Shown here one piece after another: positions 50,601 to 64,000 of a stretch of DNA of 64,000 nucleotides (position 1 is its first letter; every line of letters begins with the position of its first letter). Position numbers and translations under genes: made by a program. Source of the stretch: Macrostomum lignano (Eukaryota). The DNA is taken from assembly GCA_002269645.1 (NCBI GenBank), contig NIVC01000530.1, positions 186,001-250,000 on the forward strand. Direction: 5' to 3'. Under the pieces are notes generated by a model. That model worked only from the letters and a program-made list of their open reading frames with translations, searched no databases and was not told the origin of the DNA.

Positions 50601-53600
50601 CGGCGCTGAACGCCACGGAGGTGACGTCCTTAGTGTGACCAATGAACCGGCGGGTGGTGGTGCCGGTGGTCAGGTCCCACAGGCGCAGGGTGCCGTCCCA
50701 GGAGGCGGACAAGGCGAATTGTCCATCAGAGGACATGACAACGTCAGACACGAAGTGGTTATGACCACGCAGAGACTTCTTCGGATAGCCATAGCTGTCA
50801 CTGCGGGTCAGATCCCACATGATGAGGCTCTTGTCTGCACAGTGGGTTGGGTTGGGGTGGATATTACTCATTATGTTAATCTTATGCATGCAGTTTTTTA
50901 AGCATTGAACATCTTTATCCTATTATTCAGATTATCAAGCCACTGCACAACACTGCAACCAGAGCAGTATCTACTTATGGCCATTAATGGTTAGGAGGCA
51001 AAATCCAGATTGTAGGTCCCAGATCTAGCAGTGCTTTCTGGATATAACTAATATTTGACTAATAATATTTAATTCAGAGGGTATAGGAAGTTTTGTTTTT
51101 ATAATTTTCATCTATTTCATTTTGTTTGCAAGAGACACATTATTTGCATTTGTAAGTCATCTTATTCAATTTACCAAGAACAATGATCCAATTTGCATTC
51201 AAGTTTAAAAGCTTATTTACACTTACTATCATGATAAGATATAGGTTACAATATATACATTGATGTTTATTATGGCTAGTAACCTATTAATAAAGGTTCC
51301 TAGTCAATTTGTTTGCTGCCAATTTGGCTGCTAGCAAATAGTGGCACAGCCAAAAATTTAATTTATTTCAAGGGGGGCATTCAGCAATTTCAGGACAAGG
51401 GTTTTTCTATCAATAGTAGAGTGGTATTTCTCTAGAATTTTGAAAAAGAGAAGGGTGGATTTTTTCTTTCAAATTTTGAGAAAGGGGCCCAGGGCTTAGC
51501 TGCACTACAACTAGTATACAAAGCAACCAATGGACAAAACTAGCAGATAAATTGATTATGTTATACTCTACATAGGCAAGCATTTAGTTTCCTGCTCTAA
51601 ACAGTTTTCTTTCAAAATTATTGTCTAGCATTTTTAGATTAGCAACTTAGCAACCTATTTATATATTCCCAACTTTAAAAATTTACCTAGCAAAATAATA
51701 GCAATGTGTCTTACTTTTTCACCAAAAAAATAATTTATCTATAAAAAATCCTAAGCAAAAATTTATAAATTTATTGCTATGATAAATAGCAATAGCTATG
51801 ACTATAATTAACACAAGTGCCTCATTGTCTAATTGGTATTATATCTATAATTTCTTGGGTTGGTATTTTTATAATAACTTTACTAGACCTCTTACCATTT
51901 GGAAAAATTGGCTAGGTTGCTAGGTGCTAGGCATATATAAACCTGTTTCACTTTCCTGTTTTGGACTACTACTTTGTGACTTTTTGACTTTTGAATTTTT
52001 AGTTTTTATTTGTGACTTTAATATTTTTACTGAAAAGAGTTTTAAAAAATCAGGAATAATTTAGAGTAAGACACCAAATGATTACCCTTTATGTATACTG
52101 CATTAACTATAGAGTATATAGTAGTAAAAACATTATAAGTACAAATATATAGCCCTATTTTGCAAAATGTATAGTAGATTGAATACTCTAGATAAATTAA
52201 AGTTAGAAAAATAGAAAAAATATTTGGTTTGAATTGGTCAAATTTAGTTTGTAGTGTAAATTATTCATTTAATTGCTCATAAAAATAATTTAAAGTCTTG
52301 CTAATTACTTTTCTATGCATGTAATATTTAATTACTATACATACTCTAAAAATGCACCCATACCAAAAAAACACTAATTCAAATTGTCAGTTCAATTAGG
52401 TTTTTAGAATCCGGTCTATTTCGGCAACAAGTCATTTCGGCAACAACCATTTTGGCGACAAGTCATTTCGGCGACAACCACTTCGGCGACAAACATCGAA
52501 ACCGCAGTAATAATGGATCTGATAGTGTTTGCTTATTGAGTATGTAATGTATTTGATTGTTCTACTTCAATCAACCTCACCTGTCTTACTTATAAGTAGC
52601 ATTGTTTGCCGTCACCAATATTTTATAAGTAACTCTTTCGTTCTCTGCACTTTTCTTGTTTACATGTTTACAAATAAAAGTCTTTTACTTTTAATCTTAC
52701 TTTTAATCTTTTACTTACATTTGTTGCCGATTTGTTCCGCACTTCTGCCGATTTGACGGATTTGTGACTTCTTTTATTCAATTTAAATAAAAGTAAAAAA
52801 ATATATAAATAAAATAAATTTGTTCCACGACTTCAAAATTATTGTCGCCGAAATGGTTGTCGCCGAAATGACTTGTCGCCAAAATGGTTGTTGCTAAAAT
52901 GACTTGTCGCCAAAATGGACTGTTTCCGGTTTTTATACCATAAAGTTCTATTATTGCTTTGTCCAAAAGGACCTGTGTTAGATACCTAGAATTATAATAG
53001 TAAATTATAATGATATATTGAATAGATATAAAATTCAATATATCTTCTTGCAATTAATCCCTGACCCTGCCCCTCTTTGTTTAAAAATGCCAGTGCTTTT
53101 TCCCCCATATAACACATATATCTGTTTCTCAACATGTTTCAATATTTTTCTAATCACAAACACTTATGCCTACCTAAATCTATGTTTCAAGCCTTCTATT
53201 TTTGGTTATTTCCTTCTTTTAAAAAATCCCTCATCTTTAATTAATACCTAATAATTACCCACAATCCTTATATTTGATATCTTAACTTGCTTCTTTTTTA
53301 ATTCTTTACTTAAAATACTTATATACTTTTTGATTTGAAGTTTTAAATAGGCACTCCTTCAAATACTATATTATTGCAAAACTTATACTCTTGAATTATT
53401 ACTAAATACACTGACATATACTGGCCAAACAGGCTTCTTGCCTGAGCCAACTTATTACTACTACTAAAAAGTCATTTGACTGTCCTCAAAATTACTATTC
53501 TAAAAATGCAGACAAAAGGCAGCACAGCAGAAAAATTGACTGGATACCTTAATAAATGGCATGTATATACAACATGGAAGAATTTTATAGTAGACGTGCA

Positions 53601-53908
53601 TAAAAATACTTGAGTTCAAACTTCAAAATTAAATAATGAAGGACCGTTTTTACTTTTTGACTTACAGTTACACATTTTGATATGATATTCGAAAAAATTT
53701 TTTTACTACTTTCGAAGCGACGAGAAGCTTAATTTTTCATGATATTATAAAACTTTTCTTTAAGGTTGGTACAAAAGATTTAGTGCATTCAATACTTACC
53801 TCGGCTGGAAGACAGAATCATATCAGGAAATTCAGCATTCGTTGCGATTTGGGTAACCCATCCATTATGGCCTGTCAATGAACCTTTAAAAGTTAGGTGC
53901 TCAGCCAT
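47616..53908 (-). CDS. RACK1: Receptor for activated C kinase 1 (WD40 ribosomal scaffold), 319 aa; exons 53908-53800, 50834-50422, 48053-47616
   Basis: [36 protein letters not shown]|DKSLIMW...[32 protein letters not shown]...|[23 protein letters not shown]... 109+413+438 nt in frame with GT-AG introns; AATAAA directly after the stop. Confidence 0.97.
48120..50295. repeat. 22-bp minisatellite (CTCTCTACCCTGACTTCTATCT) in RACK1 intron 2
   Basis: About 98 units with a duplicated ~0.9-1.0 kb block. Confidence 0.95.
52411..52929. mobile_element. Foldback/MITE-like element with ~15-bp sub-repeated inverted arms in RACK1 intron 1
   Basis: Left arm ...ATTTCGGCAACAAGTCATTTCGGC... (52411-52495) is the reverse complement of the right arm ...TTGTCGCCGAAATG... 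(52842-52929). Both ends carry CCGG. Confidence 0.75.
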
Positions 53909-53930
53909 TGCCTAATTGGGTGAATCGTTC

Positions 53931-53942
53931 GAAAGAGAGAAG
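53931..53942 (-). promoter_or_regulatory. TOP/TCT-like oligopyrimidine start motif (CTTCTCTCTTTC) of RACK1
   Basis: Pyrimidine tract 23-34 nt upstream of the ATG, typical of ribosomal-protein-class genes. The TSS is inferred. Confidence 0.55.
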
Positions 53943-54520
53943 ACACCTAGTCAATACACCTTAGGTTTTGCTATTGTCGGTAGCAAAGAAGAAAATTTCG
54001 CGCACACGGTTTTAGGGCAGAATTCAAAAGTTAGTAAATATTTAAGGTTTAAGGTGTTTAAGTTTAAAAAAAACAAATTCAATGTTTTTATTACTTTTTA
54101 TAATTTACATCTATGCGCTGAGGTTCTTTTTTTGAGAAATATGTACTTAAGTTTTGTTATTTCTTCCTAACCAATAATAAAACAAAAATTACAACCGCAA
54201 AAAGACTTGCTTTTTAATTTTATTCATTAGCTTACATGCTATAGATATAAAAATAGGTAATTATACAAATCTTAATTACTTGATTTTCTTGGCCTTTTTA
54301 ATTTTAATTGTCGTGGTCTCAGTAAAAATTCACAGCTAGATTGCATTGTTGGTTTTGCGTTGTGGCCTGGCTGTGAAGTAAATCCAATCCACGATACAAA
54401 CAACGTTCTTTTGCCTAAGTGTTACTGTATCCATATTAGTTTTAAATTAATAAACATCTTTTTCCACTAGGTATTATATTGTTTAAGAGACTTTCTGGAC
54501 CATTTCTGTGTATTGACACA

Positions 54521-60079
<5,559 letters not shown>

Positions 60080-60965
60080 GGCTGCAATAAAAAATCGCAA
60101 ATCAAAATTGCAAACGCATCTCGCACTACTAGCTAGTACTACTTAGTGGACAGACGATGCAATACTAAGATCGATCAAAGCGCTTCTTTGCCAAGCCATG
60201 ATGTCACGTTTTTTATTGTTGTACATTTGTGTTCTATAACTGTTAGAGCCCTCAACTGTAGTTCTAGCACAATAGGATAATTTATACACATTCTGCTGTT
60301 GTTATATAACTTAATATTTATCCATGAATTTTTCTGATCCCTAGCCCTTTTATTTTATTAGAACTTTTGTAAGGTCTACAGACTCTTAAGTTATAAATTT
60401 GATATAGTATAGCAAGATCTCTCTCTTGCACCAATTATACTACTAGGCTAATTTTAGTAGCAAAGTTGGCCAATTGGCGTTATTTTCTGTCACTCAGTGT
60501 GAAATCGTACATTTGAAATATTAAATTTGTGTGCATGTTGTTTGTCTGATTTTAAGTGTCAGCCTCACTTTCTAGTTATTTTTAGGCTACTCTCGTGTTT
60601 ATTTGCAATATTATTCAATTTTCTGACTAGCTCATTTTTACTTTAGTTAAATAATTAGTTTCTCTGGAATAGGAGATTTGGAGATAATTTATTTTCATTT
60701 TTAAAACCGTTTTTGATCACAGGCTTTTTGTGTGCTGCACTTTGATATGTTTATTTATTTAATATATACTTATATGTACTTTTCGTTTTCATAATTTTGT
60801 ACTCAATGCTCGGTTAATAATTTTTAACAAATAAACCCTATAATTTGCTTCTTCTAACTTAACAGGCCGCTTTGCACGTTGCCTGTTTTAAAATATCTGG
60901 CCTTTATTTTTGCCGTTTCTTTAAAACTTTTTTGATAAATCAATGTTCAAAAATTGATCGACAGG

Positions 60966-61022
60966 GATAGAGAGACAGACAGATAGGTACATAGATAGAT
61001 AGATAGATGGATAGATACATAG

Positions 61023-61053
<31 letters not shown>

Positions 61054-61074
61054 GATACATAGATAGATAGATAC

Positions 61075-61129
<55 letters not shown>

Positions 61130-61193
61130 CATAGATAGATACATAGATAGATAGATAGATACATAGATAGATGGATGGGTAGATAGATAGATG

Positions 61194-61243
<50 letters not shown>
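60966..61243. repeat. (GATA)n microsatellite
   Basis: About 65 GATA/CATA/GATG units. Confidence 0.95.
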
Positions 61244-61440
61244 CATACTGGTATTTATAGATCGACAAATACTCGTAGATAGATATCCAGATTAATGCAG
61301 AATGGACAGTCGTGCATATTTTGTAAAAAAGCTATCTAACATTTTTATGCGTCAGTCACGGCTTTTGACGGCTTCTGTTTCCAATATTCCAATAAAGGAA
61401 TAAAACAATTTCCCAAAAAACAGGCTTCCTTCATTAAGCC

Positions 61441-62970
61441 ATGGAGCCAGCAGAGATAGAGTTTTTGGCCGAGAATGAACTGATCGAAATCGTTCCAAAT
61501 TTTCATCACGGTCCCATGCACCTGCTGTGCGGCACATTTGGCCCATTCGAACCAGCCATTCAAATGCAGGTTGGTTTGTTTAGTGTTGTCTAGATACAAG
61601 CATTTTGTGCCAAAATCAAGATGATAGCAGTAACTGCCTGGACATTGCTCGAGTATCTAGACTACTGGTTGCTGTCAGGACATTGTGCGAGTATCTAGAT
61701 ACTAGTGGTTGCTGTCAGGACATTGTGCGAGTATCTAGATACTAGTGGTAGCTGTCTGGACATTTTGCGAGTATCTAGATACTAGTGGTAGCTGTCTGGA
61801 TATTTTGCGAGTATCTAGATACTAGTGGTAGCTGTCTGGACATTTTGCGAGTATCTAGATACTAGAGGTGGCTGTCTGGACATTGTGCGAGTATCTAGAT
61901 ACTAGTGTTAGCTGTCTGGACATTGTGCGAGTATCTAGATACTAGTGGTAGCTGTCTGGACATTTTGCGAGTATCTAGACACTAGTGGTAGCTGTCTGGA
62001 CATTGTGCGAGTATCTAGATACTAGTGGTAGCTGTCTGGACATTTTGCGAGTATCTAGATACTAGTGGTAGCTGTCTGGACATTTTGCGAGTATCTAGAT
62101 ACTAGTGGTAGCTGTCTGGACATTTTGCGAGTATCTAGACACTAGTGGTAGCTGTCTGGACATTGTGCGAGTATCTAGATACTAGTGTTAGCTGTCTGGA
62201 CATTGTGCGAGTATCTAGATACTAGTGGTAGCTGTCTGGACATTTTGCGAGTATCTAGATACTAGTGGTAGCTGTCTGGACATTGTGCGAGTATCTAGAT
62301 ACTAGTGTTAGCTGTCTGGATATTGTGCGAGTATCTAGACACTAGTGATAGCTCTCTAGACATTGTGCTAGTATATAGACACTAGTGGTAGCTGTCTGTA
62401 AGTGTCCCATCCCACCTGCGCACCTGCCCCACCCAGGTACCGCTGTGGCTGGCCCTGGCCCTTCGCACCAAGCAGCGCTGCAGGATCACGCCGCCAGACT
62501 GGCTCTCCGTTGAGTCCCTCGCCGAGCTGAAAGAACGCGAAGAATCCGAACAATTATTCACCCCGGTGTCGAGTCCGCATTTCCGAGAAATTGCTTCACT
62601 GTTGCTGCAACACGCCCCGGAAGATGTGCCGCATTCCGAGCGGATCCGAGGCCTGATCAAGGATATCTGGGATTTGAGGATGAGCAAACTGCGCCTGAGC
62701 TTTCAGTTGTTTCTTAATAGCGACGCCGCATCGGCCAGGCTGACGCATCTCACTAGGATGGAGATCTACACAATGCGCGCGTTTTTAACCAAATCGCTGG
62801 ATCAGGTGTTCAAGCTGCGGCATTCGGATAAAACTGTGCCAGCCCAGGCCGCTGAACAGGTTGCTGCCAGCAATGCCAGGACCAGGCGGGCTGCTGCTGC
62901 GGCTGCTGCTGCTTCTGCTGCTTCTTCTAGTAGGGGCGGAGCTGCCGGATCTTCCGGTGTGTCACAATGA
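61441..62970 (+). CDS. GINS2: DNA replication complex GINS subunit PSF2, 220 aa; exons 61441-61569, 62437-62970
   Basis: MEPAEIEFLAENELIEIVPNF...FGPFEP...|VPLWLALALRTKQRCRITPPDWL...IRGLIKDIWDLRMSKLR...LTRMEIYTMRAFL, with a phase-0 intron and an Ala/Ser/Gly-rich C-terminal extension. Confidence 0.93.
61630..62400. repeat. 40-bp minisatellite (GAGTATCTAGATACTAGTGGTAGCTGTCTGGACATTGTGC) in the GINS2 intron
   Basis: About 19 units, most containing the palindrome AGTATCTAGATACT. Confidence 0.95.
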
Positions 62971-63093
62971 TCAACTGCTGCTGGCTTACTATTAATAGTA
63001 CTCGTAGTTTATTAAGTAGCTGAGCGTTTGTATTTTTGTGTTTGTAAAGTACATTTTCCAGTTTCTTTATCAACGCGACAAATGCTTATTTAA

Positions 63094-63582
63094 CCCGCTG
63101 AAAAGGTTACCGTGACAAGAATCGCTAGAGAGTCATTGCAAAAAATTTCTCTAGTGACTCCATAGCGACTCTGGGGCGACTCCTGTGACTTTTTAGCGAC
63201 TCAAACGACTGTTGAGTCACGAGCGCATCACGTGAGTTGCAGAATGATAAAAGAGTCTTGAAGAAGCGTCCAATAGTCATTGCGTTAGCGGCGTTAGCGC
63301 TTAACTTTCTACTAATTCGTTTGACATGCGATTCTGATTCATAAAGTGGCGCAGATGCGCTTTAGACGCAACTCAGTGATTCTGCAGCGACTCCAGCACG
63401 TCTCAGCTACGACTCTACAGCCCCAGAGTCTTTGGCTCTTTGACGACTTTTCCCGTGACATCTTGTCGGTTTAGAGTCGTCTAAGAATCACTTCCTTCCA
63501 GGTTTACCTGTGTTAGCAGCAGCGACTCTTAGGTGACGCAAGTGTCTCGGGATGGTCTAAAGTAGGTACCGTTTTCATCGGG
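63094..63582. mobile_element. 489-bp PIF/Harbinger (Tourist-like) MITE
   Basis: TIR CCCGCTGAAAAGGTTACC / GGTACCGTTTTCATCGGG, with a 3-bp TAA duplication on both sides (63091-63093, 63583-63585) and internal GCGACTC/GAGTC sub-repeats. Confidence 0.7.
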
Positions 63583-64000
63583 TAATCTCGTCTTTATTGT
63601 GCAATTATTCTATTAAAACATGCATTTTGTATTTACTTATTAATAAAACGCCTGATTAAATTTACTGTTACCTTTGTTCCATGGCAAATTGTAATAAAGA
63701 AAATCTTTTTCAGGTATTAAATTATTATACTTTTTTGCGATTGAATTCGTCCAAACTGCAAAACCTTTCGTCCACAAATGCTTTCTTAATGGGAGCTAAA
63801 TTTAGATCATACCATAGACAACTGTGTTCACGCACAACGGTTCATCCATCAGAGCGCCGCGCTAGACTACTGCTGAATGACTCGCACAGCTGCCGCATGT
63901 CTACACATCACAACATATCGTAGTATAAACTACAAGTTAAAGCAGTACGAGAAGTAGACTGCACGAGAATTGTATATAAGAAAGAAGTACACTTGTGATG

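Noticed and set aside
48054-53799. Intronic C/D snoRNAs as in vertebrate RACK1
   Set aside because: I found no RTGATGA...CTGA pair with terminal stem by eye. A snoscan/Infernal search would be needed to exclude them.

Overview
Eukaryotic (invertebrate animal) genomic DNA with GT-AG introns. The style (GC-rich downstream exons, introns filled with 16-55 bp minisatellites, TTAGGG motifs) suggests a Macrostomum-like flatworm; this is inference, not a database match. I reconstructed eight protein-coding loci by hand: exon 1 of a retinoblastoma-family gene (-, continues off the left edge, absent from the ORF track), a ZFAND4-like ubiquitin/AN1 zinc-finger gene (+), WIPI/ATG18 (-), an unidentified 376-aa gene that may be ZU5/UPA-like (+), a coiled-coil plus NHL-like propeller gene (-), RACK1 (-) head-to-head with the PP2A catalytic subunit (+), and GINS2/PSF2 (+). 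Positions 3.2-15.7 kb hold a Helitron/Helentron-like element followed by a hierarchical tandem array (A1-C-A2-C-C-A1-C-A2-C, period about 5.08 kb). The window also has several MITE/foldback elements, an inverted pair of tRNA-derived SINEs and about 20 distinct tandem-repeat arrays. Most ORFs in the supplied track are artefacts of CT-rich DNA or tandem repeats. There is no CRISPR array, rRNA or intact tRNA. The most unusual signals are: a different private minisatellite in almost every internal intron (several built from splice-signal-like motifs, one apparently seeded at a SINE B-box), a steep first-exon to downstream-exon GC3 shift, the RACK1/PP2A divergent pair, and the orphan 376-aa gene.
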